A stretch of 64,000 nt of DNA, from NCBI GenBank assembly GCA_963726745.1, contig CAVSDR010000006.1:768001-832000 (forward strand), written 5' to 3'. Below the pieces are notes generated by a model. The model did not search any database. It saw only the letters and a list, made by a program, of their open reading frames with translations, and was not told the DNA's origin. Origin of the DNA: an uncultured Verrucomicrobiae bacterium. Its GTDB lineage: Bacteria; Verrucomicrobiota; Verrucomicrobiia; Chthoniobacterales; UBA10450. How positions within the stretch are numbered: position 1 is the first letter of the stretch; every line of letters begins with the position of its first letter. The position numbers and the translations under genes were made by a program. This document shows positions 20,615 to 30,578 of this stretch, one piece after another.

Positions 20615-21206
20615 TCAAAGGGCGGCGAAACGCTGGATGATCTCGAGCCCGAACGGCCCCGATTTTTCCGGATGAAATTGCACGCCGAAACAGTTGCCGC
20701 GCTCGACCGCGGCGCTGAACGGTCGCGAGTAGGCGCAGATCGCCGCGGCTTCATCAACCACCGGCACGTAAAAGCTGTGCGCGAAATAAACATGCCCGCC
20801 GTTGCCCGCGAAGAGGCGCGAATCGCTCGCGGGCGTGATCGTGTTCCAGCCCATGTGCGGCACGCGTTCGTCGTCCGGGAAACGCTCGACGCGCCCGCGA
20901 AAAACGCCCAAGCCCTTCCGCCTCCGGCGCTTCCGCGCTCCCCTCAAACAGCGCCTGCATGCCGAGGCAAACGCCGAGAAAAAGCGCGTCGTCCGCAATC
21001 CGTTCGCGCAGTGGCTCGCGCAGTTGCAGCTCATCGAGCGCGCGCATCATTTGCCCGAAATGCCCGACACCCGGGAGCACGATCTTGCGTGCGCCGCGCG
21101 CAGCTTCTCCGCGTCGCGCACGAGCTCAAATTTCGCGCCGACCGTTTGCGAAGGCGTTCTGCACCGACTGCAGATTGCCGGCGCCGTAATCGACGATCCC
21201 GATCAC
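20615..21206 (-). CDS. hisH: Imidazole glycerol phosphate synthase glutaminase subunit (several frameshifts)
   Basis: GTG start [52 protein letters not shown] spread over different frames. Confidence 0.93.
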
Positions 21207-21790
21207 AGCAGTCCCTTGGTCGACGGCAGCTGCGTTTTCAGGCGCTCATCGGTCGAGCAGGCGTAGCGCAGCGCGCGCGCGAAGCACTTGAAGATGGCCT
21301 CGATCTTGTGATGGCTCGAGCGGCCATACATCACCTTCAGATGCACGTTCGCCTTCGCGTGCTGGGCGAAGCCTTCGAAGAAATCATGCAGCAACTCGAG
21401 CTCGAGCCCGCCGAGCTCGCGCACCTTCACTTTTGGATCGTAAGCGAGCGCGACGCGCCCGCCGAGATCGATCGCCGCGACCGCGAGCGTCTCGTCCATC
21501 GGCTGGACGAAATAGCCGGCGCGATTGATCCCGACGCGTTTCCCGAGCGCCTTCGCGAAAAGCTGGCCGAGGACAATCCCCACATCTTCGACCGTGTGAT
21601 GTTGATCGACGTGCAAGTCGCCGCGCGCTTTCAGCGTGAGGTCGAAGGCGCCATGCCGCGTGAAGAGCTCAAGCATGTGATCGAGAAAACCGATCCCGGT
21701 CGCGATTTCGTATTTGCCGGTGCCGTCGATCACCAGCCGACCGCTGATCTGGGTCTCGGTGGTGTCGCGTTTAATCGTCGCCTTTCTCAT
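21203..21790 (-). CDS. hisB: Imidazoleglycerol-phosphate dehydratase (monofunctional)
   Basis: [53 protein letters not shown]. Confidence 0.97.
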   Translation of the reverse strand: MRKATIKRDTTETQISGRLVIDGTGKYEIATGIGFLDHMLELFTRHGAFDLTLKARGDLHVDQHHTVEDVGIVLGQLFAKALGKRVGINRAGYFVQPMDETLAVAAIDLGGRVALAYDPKVKVRELGGLELELLHDFFEGFAQHAKANVHLKVMYGRSSHHKIEAIFKCFARALRYACSTDERLKTQLPSTKGLL

Positions 21791-22437
21791 AGGACTCGCT
21801 CCAGTTCGTTCACGCTCTCGACCACCGCCTCGGCGCCTTCGCGAAGCAGCAGGTCCGGCGTCGGCGCGATCCCGAGGAAGCGCACGCCGGCGGCCTTCGC
21901 GCTGCGGGCGTCGTCGGGGTTGTCGCCCACGTAGATGAGCGTGCTGCCCGGGTGCGCGGCCGCGATCAGGCGCAAGCCATCGGGCGCCGGCTTTGGATTG
22001 GGAATGTCCATGTCGCCTACGATCGTCGCCCACGAGATCTGCGGGGCGAAACGCTGGAGCGTGAGGTCGATCTCCGCGCGCGGACGACCGGAGAAAATCG
22101 CGAGCGCATACCGCGCGCTCAGCCGCTCGAGCAAACCGTCGCGCGGAATCCAGGTCTCGCGCGTGATCAGCCCGTCGCCGTTCTCGCCGAGGAAAAGCTT
22201 TTGGAAGACAGCCACGACTTCGTCGTAGGGCACATCGCGGCCGGAAGTTTTGCGGACCAATTTCTGCGCAAGCAGCCAATCGTTATTCCAGCCGCCGGCG
22301 TTTTTGTATTCCGCGATCAACTCGTTAGGCGCGGCGGCTCCGGTGAAATGCCGCACCGTCTCGGCGATCGCCGCGAGGTAAGAGCCGCCGACTTCCGCGA
22401 GCACGCCGTCCATGTCGAAAACGAGCACGTCTTTCAT
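21787..22437 (-). CDS. HAD-IA hydrolase, candidate histidinol-phosphate phosphatase
   Basis: [30 protein letters not shown]; translationally coupled between hisC and hisB. Confidence 0.8.
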   Translation of the reverse strand: MKDVLVFDMDGVLAEVGGSYLAAIAETVRHFTGAAAPNELIAEYKNAGGWNNDWLLAQKLVRKTSGRDVPYDEVVAVFQKLFLGENGDGLITRETWIPRDGLLERLSARYALAIFSGRPRAEIDLTLQRFAPQISWATIVGDMDIPNPKPAPDGLRLIAAAHPGSTLIYVGDNPDDARSAKAAGVRFLGIAPTPDLLLREGAEAVVESVNELERVL

Positions 22438-23490
22438 CGCGCGCGCTCCAGTTCGGCGATGAAACGCTCGGCCTGCGCCGGCGTCCCCACGGTGACCCGC
22501 GCGCAGCCGGCGATCTCATGGCTGCGATCGCGAATGAGCACGCCCGCGTCGCGAAGTTGCTGGCAAATCTCGCCGCACGCGCTCGCCCAATTGCAGGAGA
22601 ACGAAGTTGCCCGCGCTGCGGTAGAACGGCACGCCGAGCCGCTCGAGTTCGGTGTAGATCCATTCGCGCGCCGTCAGCACTTCGCGCACGTAGTTCGCCA
22701 CGTAATCGGGATCATCGACCGCGGCGCGCGCGGCCACGGCAGCAAGCGAGTTCACGCTATAGGGCGACTGCGCTTTGCGAGCGAAGGCGATGTTGCGCGC
22801 GTCGGAGAAGAGACAGCCGAAGCGCATCGCGGCCATGCCGTAGGCTTTCGAGAAGGTGCGGCTGACAAAGAGATTTGCGTAGCGCTCGATCAACGGCAGC
22901 GCGGTGATCCCGCAAAACTCGAAGTAGGCTTCGTCGATCAAGACGGCTGCGTTCGGCGCGCGCTGGAGGATCTGTTCGATCGTCGCCAGATCCGCCGCGG
23001 TGCCGGTCGGATTGTTCGGGTTCGAGATCAAAATCGCACGCGTCTCCGACGTGATCGCCCCCAGCAATTCCTCGAGCGGAAAAGCGAGTGTCCCGGCGCG
23101 GTAATCGACTGTCGTGATCCGCGCGCCGGCGAGCTCGGCGTAGAAGCGATACATCGCGTAGGAGGGCTGGAGGATGATCACTTCCGCACCCGCTTCGACG
23201 AAGGTGTTCATCAACACCTGGATCGCTTCGTCGGTGCCGTTGCTGAAAAGCATCTGCTCCTCCGCGACGCCGAAGTGCTCCGCCAGCCGGGCGCGGGCCT
23301 CGACATATTCCGGATAAATCGCGAGCCGCTCGGCGCTGATCTTTTCGCGCAAAACTTCCGCGACGCGCGGCGAGCAACCTTCGGTGTTCTCGTTGAAATC
23401 AAGCCGCAGTTTGCCTTCGCGGCCTCCTGTCGGCGGCGAATAAGCCGCCATCTTTTGCACGGCGGCGCGTGGTTGCAAGGGAGCGCTCAT
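22434..23490 (-). CDS. hisC: Histidinol-phosphate aminotransferase (frameshift near 22570)
   Basis: LDFNEN, NGTDE, NPNNPTG, DEAY, SRTFSKAYGMA; C-terminal RVTVGT in shifted frame, TGA at 22434. Confidence 0.95.
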
Positions 23491-24732
23491 GAGAGGCGGG
23501 CCTCCACCGAACGCGCGTGCGCTTCCAAACCTTCCGCGCGTGCCAAGGTCGTCACCGCGGGCGCGATCTGGCGGAGCGCGTCGGGCGAAAGTTTTTGCGT
23601 CGAAATGATCTTCACGAAATCGAGCACCGACAGCCCGCCGCGCAGCCGGGCCACGCCGCTGGTCGGCAAGGTGTGGTTCGGGCCGGTCGCGTAATCGCCG
23701 GCCGCTTCCGGGCTGCAGGCGCCGAGGAAAACGCTCCCGGCATGCTGCACTTCCGCGAGCAGATTTTCGTCGTGCAGGCTGAGGTGTTCGGGCGCGAAGC
23801 GGTTGCTCCAGGCCATGGCCGCGGCGCTGGAATCGAAAAGGATGATTGCGCTGTTTCGCGCGATCGCTTCGCGCGCGACGGCAGCGGTCGTTAGGCCATC
23901 GAGCTGGCGCTCGATCTCGGCGCTCACCTTTTCCGCGAGGGCGCGGGAAGTAGTCAGCAGGATGGCGCCGGCATCGACGTCGTGTTCCGCCTGCGCGAGC
24001 AGGTCGGCGGCGATCGCGCGCGCGTCGCCTTCGTTCGCGATGATCACGATCTCGGTCGGGCCGGCGACGAAGTCGATGCCGACTTCGCCCGCGAGCAGTT
24101 TCTTCGCGGCGGCGACGTAGATGTTACCGGGGCCGACGATGCGGTCGGCGCGCGGGATGGTTTCGGTTCCGAAACGCGAAAGCCGCGATCGCTTGCGCGC
24201 CGCCAAGCAGGAAGACGCGATTGTCACCGAGCAATTCCGGCTGCGCCGAAAATGTCGGCGGAAGGTTTCGGGGTCGTTAGGCAAATGTTCCGCACGCCCG
24301 CGACCTGCGCGGGAATGACGGTCATGAGGACGGTGGAAACGAGCGGGTAACGACCGGCCGGGATGTAAGCCGCGATGGTGTCGAGCGGCCGGACGATCTG
24401 GCCGACGCGCAGCCCCGGCGAAAGTTCGTGCTCGAAGTCGCGCGGCTTTTGCAGCTCGGCAAAGGCGCGGATGTTAGCCGACGCGATCTCGATCGCTTCG
24501 CGCAAAGCCGGCGACAACTTCGCCATCGCGTCGGCTATTTCGCTCTCGCTTACGAGAGATGACTGCGCGCTCGAAGCCGTCGAACTTCCGCGCGTATTCC
24601 CGCAGCGCCTCGTCGCCGCGCGTGCGCACCGCTTCGATGATCGGCCTAACGACCGCTTCCGCTTCGTCGAAGCGGGCGGTTTTGCGCGCGAGGAGCTCCG
24701 CGCTCTCGCTCTCGGTGAAGGATGCGGATCAC
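23487..24732 (-). CDS. hisD: Histidinol dehydrogenase (several frameshifts)
   Basis: [77 protein letters not shown]. Confidence 0.95.
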
Positions 24733-25598
24733 AGGACGATCTTGTTGAGCGGATATTCCACGATGCCGGTGGCGCCGGCTTCCTTCAGGCGCGGGATGAT
24801 CGCGCGCACGGTGGCTTCATCGAGCACGGTGTTCATCGCCACCCAGCTCTCGTCGCTCAATTGCGAGATGGTCGGCTTTTGCAGCGCGGGCAGGATCGCG
24901 AGCACGTCGGCTAAATTCTCGCGCGGCGCGTTCAGCATCAGGCCGACTTTGCCGAGCGCGTTGATCGCGCCTTCGAGCAGCATCTTCACGTCGTCGAGCT
25001 TGCGGCGTTTCCAGTCGTCGCCGAGCGCGGCCTTGTTCGCGATCAACTGCGTATTCGACTCGAGCACGGTTTCGACGATGCGGAGATTGTTCGCGCGGAG
25101 CGACGAGCCGGTCTCGGTCACTTCCACGATCGCGTCGGCCAGGACCGGCGGCTTCACTTCCGTCGCGCCCCAGCTGAACTCGACCTTCGCGGTCACCTGG
25201 TTGCGCGCGAGGTAACGCTTGGTCGTTTCGACCAGCTCGGTGGCGATGATTTTGCCTTCCAGATCGGCCGCGGAATTGATCTCCGAATTCGCCGGCACGG
25301 CGAGGACCCAGCGGACTTTGCCGAAGCTTTGCTTGGCGTAGATCAGGTCGGCGATCGGTTGCACATCGGCCGCGCTTTCCGCGATCCAATCGAGCCCGGT
25401 GAGGCCGGCATCGAGGATGCCGTCTTCGACGTAGCGCGCCATTTCCTGCGCGCGGATGAGCATGCACTCGATCTCCGGGTCGTCGATCGCCGGAAAATAG
25501 GAGCGCGTGCTGACGGTGATGTTCCAGCCGGCCTTGCGGAAGAGCTCGATCGTGGCGCGTTCCAGGCTGCCTTTGGGGATGCCGAGTTTGAGTTTCAT
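24729..25598 (-). CDS. hisG: ATP phosphoribosyltransferase, long form
   Basis: [43 protein letters not shown]-terminal regulatory domain. Confidence 0.97.
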   Translation of the reverse strand: MKLKLGIPKGSLERATIELFRKAGWNITVSTRSYFPAIDDPEIECMLIRAQEMARYVEDGILDAGLTGLDWIAESAADVQPIADLIYAKQSFGKVRWVLAVPANSEINSAADLEGKIIATELVETTKRYLARNQVTAKVEFSWGATEVKPPVLADAIVEVTETGSSLRANNLRIVETVLESNTQLIANKAALGDDWKRRKLDDVKMLLEGAINALGKVGLMLNAPRENLADVLAILPALQKPTISQLSDESWVAMNTVLDEATVRAIIPRLKEAGATGIVEYPLNKIVL

Positions 25599-25979
25599 GA
25601 TTGGGCGTAAACGGCCTTCGGATCGTAGGTCTGCGGCTCGCTCGTCACCCATTCTTCGTTTTGCCAGCCGCCGAAAGAAGCAACTGGCGTAGCCTTCGTG
25701 GCAGACGCCGGGCCCGAGCGCTTCCACTTTCACGAGGATCGCGTCCGCATCGCAATCGGTGCTGATTTCCCTAACGAGCAGTTTGTGCCCCGAGCTCTCG
25801 CCTTTAACCCAAAGCTTCTGGCGCGAGCGGCTGAAGAAGGTGACCTCGCCGGTCGCGACGGTGCGCCGGAACGCCTCCTCGTTCATGAAGCCGAGCATGA
25901 GGACGCGCCCGCTGGCGTGATCCTGCACGATCGCAGGCAGGAGGCCGTCGAGTTTTTGGAAGTCGAGTTGTGTGGGCAT
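25595..25979 (-). CDS. hisI: Phosphoribosyl-AMP cyclohydrolase (frameshift near 25660)
   Basis: [39 protein letters not shown]; shifted frame ends [11 protein letters not shown] with ATGA overlap onto hisG. Confidence 0.93.
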
Positions 25980-26014
25980 AAAAAAAGCCCGCGAAACCAA
26001 TCGGTGACGCGGGC
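25980..26014 (-). terminator. Attenuator terminator of the his operon
   Basis: Minus strand gcccgcg-tc-acc-gatt-ggt-tt-cgcgggc followed by 7 U, then the hisI AUG. Confidence 0.85.
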
Positions 26015-26050
26015 GGTGAGCTGGAAGTTTTTAGGTTCGAGCGCGCGCGG

Positions 26051-26098
26051 TCACACCGTGCCGTGATGGCTGTGGCGGTGATGGAAGTGCGCGCGCAT
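26051..26098 (-). CDS. hisL: his operon leader peptide MRAHFHHRHSHHGTV
   Basis: 15 codons, 6 His, directly upstream of a terminator and the his operon. Confidence 0.88.
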   Translation of the reverse strand: MRAHFHHRHSHHGTV

Positions 26099-26109
26099 TG
26101 AGGAGCCGG

Positions 26110-26118
26110 ACTATAGCA
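26110..26118 (-). promoter_or_regulatory. Putative extended -10 promoter of the his leader
   Basis: TGcTATAGT ending 11 nt before the leader ATG. Confidence 0.55.
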
Positions 26119-26163
26119 CGCTTTTGCGGCGCGCAAGGTTCGCCCCGCGCGGATGACCGCCAG

Positions 26164-26697
26164 CTAATCGCCCATCCAGGCGAGCTCGAAGCTTTTGCCG
26201 TTCCAAAAGACGAGCGCGGACGAACTCTCCGGCCGGACCATCATGATGGCGTCGCCTTTCGGTTTGGTCTCGCCCAGACTGCTTTTGTCATTCCTGGCGA
26301 CGACATACCAGGCCGGCCCGGGATACTCTTCCTTGATGTCTTTCGAAAGGAGACGCGGCGCGCCTTTGGCGAAGAAGATCGCATCGGCTTCTTTGGCCCG
26401 GTTGCTTTTGGAGACGAGCCGCAGGGCGTAATCCATCTGCCCGTCGCCATCGAAGTCACCCGCCAGGTAGAACGGATTGACGGCGCGATAGCCGATCGCG
26501 TATCCGGCGTTGAACTCACTCGCACGGAATCTCTCCACGACCTGGTAAGGCAGCGAAGCCAGGGCAACCGTCTCGGCACTGGTCGTCCCGTCCGCGGCTG
26601 GCACGGGCGGCGCCTGCAGCCAAAGCAGCGCAGCCGTGGCCAAGGCGGCGCCGACCCAATGCGGACGCTTCCTTTCCGGAACAGCCAGCAATCTCAC
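26164..26697 (-). CDS. Exported hypothetical protein with one FG-GAP-like DxDxDG loop
   Basis: Signal-like N-terminus; GDFDGDGQMDYA; 4-bp overlap with upstream gene. Confidence 0.7.
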   Translation of the reverse strand: MRLLAVPERKRPHWVGAALATAALLWLQAPPVPAADGTTSAETVALASLPYQVVERFRASEFNAGYAIGYRAVNPFYLAGDFDGDGQMDYALRLVSKSNRAKEADAIFFAKGAPRLLSKDIKEEYPGPAWYVVARNDKSSLGETKPKGDAIMMVRPESSSALVFWNGKSFELAWMGD

Positions 26698-28322
26698 TGG
26701 CCGTCGTCGTTTGGATTGGGCTGCGGCCGCGGTTGCGGAGGGCGTTGCTGTGGCTGCTGCGGCTGTGGTTGCTGGTTGTTTGGCGCAGGTTCGCCGAGCG
26801 CGCGGAAGAAGTTTCCGATGGCCTCGCCGGCCTTGCGGTTTTTCTCTTCCTGGGCCTTCCGCTTGGCCGCGGCCTGGCGATTTTGTTGGTCGATCGCTTT
26901 CTTCTCCGCCAACGCCTTTTCCTTCTGCTTCTTCAAGTCGGCGATCTTTTTGTCGGCGGCGGCTTTGGCTTTCTTGTCCGCCTCTTCTTTCTTCTGCTGG
27001 GCCAATTCTTTCGCCTTCGTGCCTTTCTCCTGCTCGAGCCGGGCGACCAGGGCGACCCGCGCATCCTTGGCGGCCGCCTTGTATTTCTCAGCCAGCTGTT
27101 TGTTTTGCGCCGCTTGCGCCGCGGCCTCGTTCTTGGCCTTGGCGATGGCCTCTTCCTTCCACGGAGGTGGGGTAGGCAGCGACTTCGGAGCCGGCGGCGG
27201 CGTGGTCTTTGGCAGAGGTTTCGTGACCGCGACGGTGCAGAAATGGTCCAGGTAGGTGACCGCTACCCAGCCCGACGCATCGACATACGCCCACGTATCC
27301 GGAACTCGTGGCGCCAGCACGCCGAGACTGTTCGCCTCCTGCACCAGCAGCGCGGTTCCCGGTGCTTCCCAAGCCGCCAAGTCGATCCACACTTCCACCG
27401 GCGGTGCGAAGACTGCGCCCGCGGGCGTAAGCTGCGCGATCCCGAGCACGCCGACGCCCCACCCACTGGTCACGCTTCCTTTCACCGAGGTGATCGGCGG
27501 ATGGTGGTAAAAGAAGGGCGTGCTCCCGGGACCAGACGCTGAGCCGGGAGGAATGACAATCGCACCCCGGCCCAGCCCGAGAGGATAGACGATGCCGCCC
27601 TGCTGGTTGAGGATCGCGGTCGAGAGCGCCAGCAGAAAGTCTGAGACTTTCTCGGTGATGGGCGCTTTGATCTTGGTCGCGGCGGCGGTGGCTTTGGTGC
27701 GTTCCAATTCGGCTTTCGCCCGGGCGGCCTCGGCCTTGGCTACTTCGATCGCCAACTGGTTCGCTTCCGCTTCCGCTTTCGCGACGTCTGCTTCAGTGGC
27801 CGTCGGCGCAGCGGCCGCCTTCTGGCTTTCTTCGGCATCCGCCTTGGCCTTCTCGACAATCTCTTCGGCCTTCTCCGCCTCGCCTTTGGCGCTGACGTAG
27901 CTTTGCTGCGCCGCGGCAGCGGCTTTGGCGGCTTCGTCGGCCTCCGCCTGGGCTTTCGCTACTTCGGCTTCGGCCTTCGCGACGTCGGCCGCGGTTTGCG
28001 CCTGCGCACTTGCGGCGCTTTGAGCCTCGGCTGCAGCTCGGGCCTGGGACTCCGCAGCGCTTTTCGCATCCGCCGCCGCACGCGCGGCCGCAGCCTCAGA
28101 TTGAGCGACCGCATTGTCGCCCTGCGCCTTCGTCCGGGCGTCGGCCTCGGCCTTCAACCTGGCATTTTCCGCCCGTAAAGCGTCAGCATCCGCGCTGGAT
28201 TGTTGAGTTTGCGGACACCCAGTCATCGCGAGGCCAAGGATGAGGAGCGCAATGCAGCTCGCGGCCTTGAGCCATGGGCCACGGATCCCGCGCCCGACTG
28301 AATTTGGAGAGAGAAAGATCAT
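26694..28322 (-). CDS. Lipoprotein with Ala-rich and Lys/Ala-rich coiled coils flanking a ZU5-like domain
   Basis: Lipobox-like LAMTGC; GG...IVIPPGS...LTPAGAVFAPPVEV...LDHFC; Pro/Gln-rich tail. Confidence 0.75.
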   Translation of the reverse strand: MIFLSPNSVGRGIRGPWLKAASCIALLILGLAMTGCPQTQQSSADADALRAENARLKAEADARTKAQGDNAVAQSEAAAARAAADAKSAAESQARAAAEAQSAASAQAQTAADVAKAEAEVAKAQAEADEAAKAAAAAQQSYVSAKGEAEKAEEIVEKAKADAEESQKAAAAPTATEADVAKAEAEANQLAIEVAKAEAARAKAELERTKATAAATKIKAPITEKVSDFLLALSTAILNQQGGIVYPLGLGRGAIVIPPGSASGPGSTPFFYHHPPITSVKGSVTSGWGVGVLGIAQLTPAGAVFAPPVEVWIDLAAWEAPGTALLVQEANSLGVLAPRVPDTWAYVDASGWVAVTYLDHFCTVAVTKPLPKTTPPPAPKSLPTPPPWKEEAIAKAKNEAAAQAAQNKQLAEKYKAAAKDARVALVARLEQEKGTKAKELAQQKKEEADKKAKAAADKKIADLKKQKEKALAEKKAIDQQNRQAAAKRKAQEEKNRKAGEAIGNFFRALGEPAPNNQQPQPQQPQQRPPQPRPQPNPNDDGQ

Positions 28323-28575
28323 GATTTTATGAGGTTGAGTTCGATGGAGGGACTCCAGTGCGGACGACTCTAGGGGAAGACGCTCGAAAGCGTCTATTAG
28401 CCGAAAGTGCTAAATCGCCGCCGCGAAAATACCGCCGAAAATCGTCGAAACAGCGCGCTGGATGGCGGAGTCGATGGTTGAGTGGCGTGGGGAACCCCCA
28501 CGACGGCGTCCTCCCTCGACGAGCTCCATATTTTATGTAGAAAAACAAAAACGGCTTCGCCAGACTGGCCCTTGC

Positions 28576-29850
28576 ATGGAGACGAAAAGGGCGCGGCGGG
28601 CAGCGACTCAGAGCGTGGTCTCGCCACAGGCGAAAGACTTTTCCGGGCCGAACGTGAAGGCGTTGCTGAAGCTGGCCGCTGCGCGCAACGCCGGCGAATT
28701 CTGGAATTCCGCACAAGCTCTCCTGACGCAGGTCGCGCCTTCCTCGATCCGCTGGCTCTGCATTCGGCCCACGAGCATGAGCACAGCCTTGGTGCTCCTA
28801 AGGGAAACGCAGACCGGCGCGCAGAGAAGCAGCGATGAAGCCGGGAGGTCAGGGAGAGACGACGCGGCGCTGTTAAAGGAACTCTTCGCGCGGCACCCAG
28901 CGATTCTCCACTTTCAGCGACGCGTGGGAGTGCCGCTGGTTTACCTGCAGCCGGATCAATTTTCAGCGGCCGGCCAGGACGGGGTCCGCTGGCCTCATCT
29001 GAACCAGGCGCGTTTCGGGGTGGCGCTCGCTTTTTGGAACCGGAAGGAAATCCGCGGGGTGCTGCTTCTCCATCGGATGGAGGAAGAAGGCGATTTTTCC
29101 CCGGCGGAGATCAAGGCTCTGCGACGGTTGCATCCGCATCTCGAGACGGCGCTCCGCCGCATCCTCGCGGCCCGTGCGCATGAGGCGCAGAAACACGTTC
29201 TTGCCGGGATGCTCAAGCCACTCCCGGTGGCCGTAGTGGTGTGCGATTGGCGCTTGCAGATCATCTGCGAAAGCGCCGAAGGCCTCAACGCGCGCACGCA
29301 CTGGGAGATCGGGAAGGAGCGCGCGCGGGCGCTCAATCGATCCGCGCGCCGTGCGCTCCCGCCGGACCTGGCGGCCTATTGCCGCGGGCGGATCGCCGCG
29401 TGGGAGGAGGCAGGCACAGCCGCCCGCGCCAAGATGGAAAAAGAGGAAAAGAAGCTCGTTCTCCCAGAGGCGCCGGAGTTGGAGGTCACCGTAAGCATGT
29501 TTCGGCAAAGTCATTTCCCGCTGGTCCCGCCATTTTTTCTCCTTCGTTTCAATAAGGTGGCGGACGGTGCGACCGCGGCGCCCCTCATGAGCGCTGCTCG
29601 CTTTTCCGGGCTGGCCCTGCTCTCCGCCTCGGAGCGGGAAGTGGCGCATCTGGTTGTGCAAGGTCAGGGCAACAACGCCATCTCCCAGCTGCTCGGAAAG
29701 AGCGTGCACACCGTCAAGGCGCAGATGCAGTCGATCTTCAAGAAGCTTGAGGTGACCAGCCGTTCGAAATTAACCGCGAAGCTGACGCACGGAAGCCTCT
29801 GCTGCTTGTTGACCTCTTACTTCGACCTGCTGGAGACCGCGTTTCTTTAA
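28576..29850 (+). CDS. LuxR-type HTH transcriptional regulator with GAF/PAS-like N-terminal region (start uncertain)
   Basis: LSASEREVAHLVVQGQGNNAISQLLGKSVHTVKAQMQSIFKKLEVTSRSKL; DFSPAEIKALRRLHPHL. Confidence 0.85.
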   Translation: METKRARRAATQSVVSPQAKDFSGPNVKALLKLAAARNAGEFWNSAQALLTQVAPSSIRWLCIRPTSMSTALVLLRETQTGAQRSSDEAGRSGRDDAALLKELFARHPAILHFQRRVGVPLVYLQPDQFSAAGQDGVRWPHLNQARFGVALAFWNRKEIRGVLLLHRMEEEGDFSPAEIKALRRLHPHLETALRRILAARAHEAQKHVLAGMLKPLPVAVVVCDWRLQIICESAEGLNARTHWEIGKERARALNRSARRALPPDLAAYCRGRIAAWEEAGTAARAKMEKEEKKLVLPEAPELEVTVSMFRQSHFPLVPPFFLLRFNKVADGATAAPLMSAARFSGLALLSASEREVAHLVVQGQGNNAISQLLGKSVHTVKAQMQSIFKKLEVTSRSKLTAKLTHGSLCCLLTSYFDLLETAFL

Positions 29851-30570
29851 GCCGTGGGCCCACTTCTGCGGCGCCAAAGCAGATCGAAAAGCGCGAAGGG
29901 CGCATAGAGCACGGCGAAGAAAACCAGCGCGAGGCCGTGCATCTGCAACAGGTAGAGCGGCCACGAATCGGAGAGGTAACTAAGAAGCGAAAAGGCTTCC
30001 GGTTTGTGCAGCAGAAAGCCGTAGTTCACGCCGGTGAGCAGGTCGATGCTGAGCGCGCTGACAAAATAAACTTCCGACCAGAGGAAAGCGCGCACCACCG
30101 GAGATCAGGTGAGGCCGGAGGCGGCGGGTGAGCATTAAGAAAATCACGCCGACGATGATTCCCGAGTGCGAAATGAAAAAGGCAAAGAAGCGCGGGTCGG
30201 GGAAGCCGAACGCGAGATTCGGCGTAAGCACGGCCTGCAAAGTGCCGCCTATTCCCCAGAAATAGGCGACCTCAAACCAGCGCCGCCAACCGGTCCACAT
30301 TGCGACCAGGATCACGACCATGGCCCAGTCGCACATTTGCATCGGGAGCATTTGCTCCCAGGTCATGAGCGTGCGGCTGCGGATGAAAACGAGATAGCCG
30401 ACGTAATTACCTACAAGGACAAGCGCGAGCCCAAGCACAATGGCGCGCTCGAGCAGGCGCGAGCCCGTTTGCCGAACGAACGCGGCGAGGGCAAAGGGAA
30501 GCGCAAGCGTGAGGAGGATGACCGCGAGATGCTCCGCGCTCCAGGCGTGAAATTCCGGCGCCGCCTCCAT
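29847..30570 (-). CDS. YwaF / TIGR02206-family integral membrane protein (frameshift near 30100)
   Basis: LPMQMCD, YFWGIGGTLQAVLTP, FFISH, then NYGFLLHKP, SLLSYL, WPLY. Confidence 0.85.
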
Positions 30571-30578
30571 CTCGTCGG

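Noticed and set aside
19844..25979. his genes as pseudogenes or programmed frameshifts
   Set aside because: Catalytic motifs and the attenuator are intact and similar indels affect essential genes elsewhere; assembly error is more likely.
24729..26000. Apparent HisI-HisG fusion ORF (423 aa)
   Set aside because: A shifted frame gives a natural HisI end ([11 protein letters not shown]) overlapping the hisG ATG; one extra base near 25660 explains the fusion.
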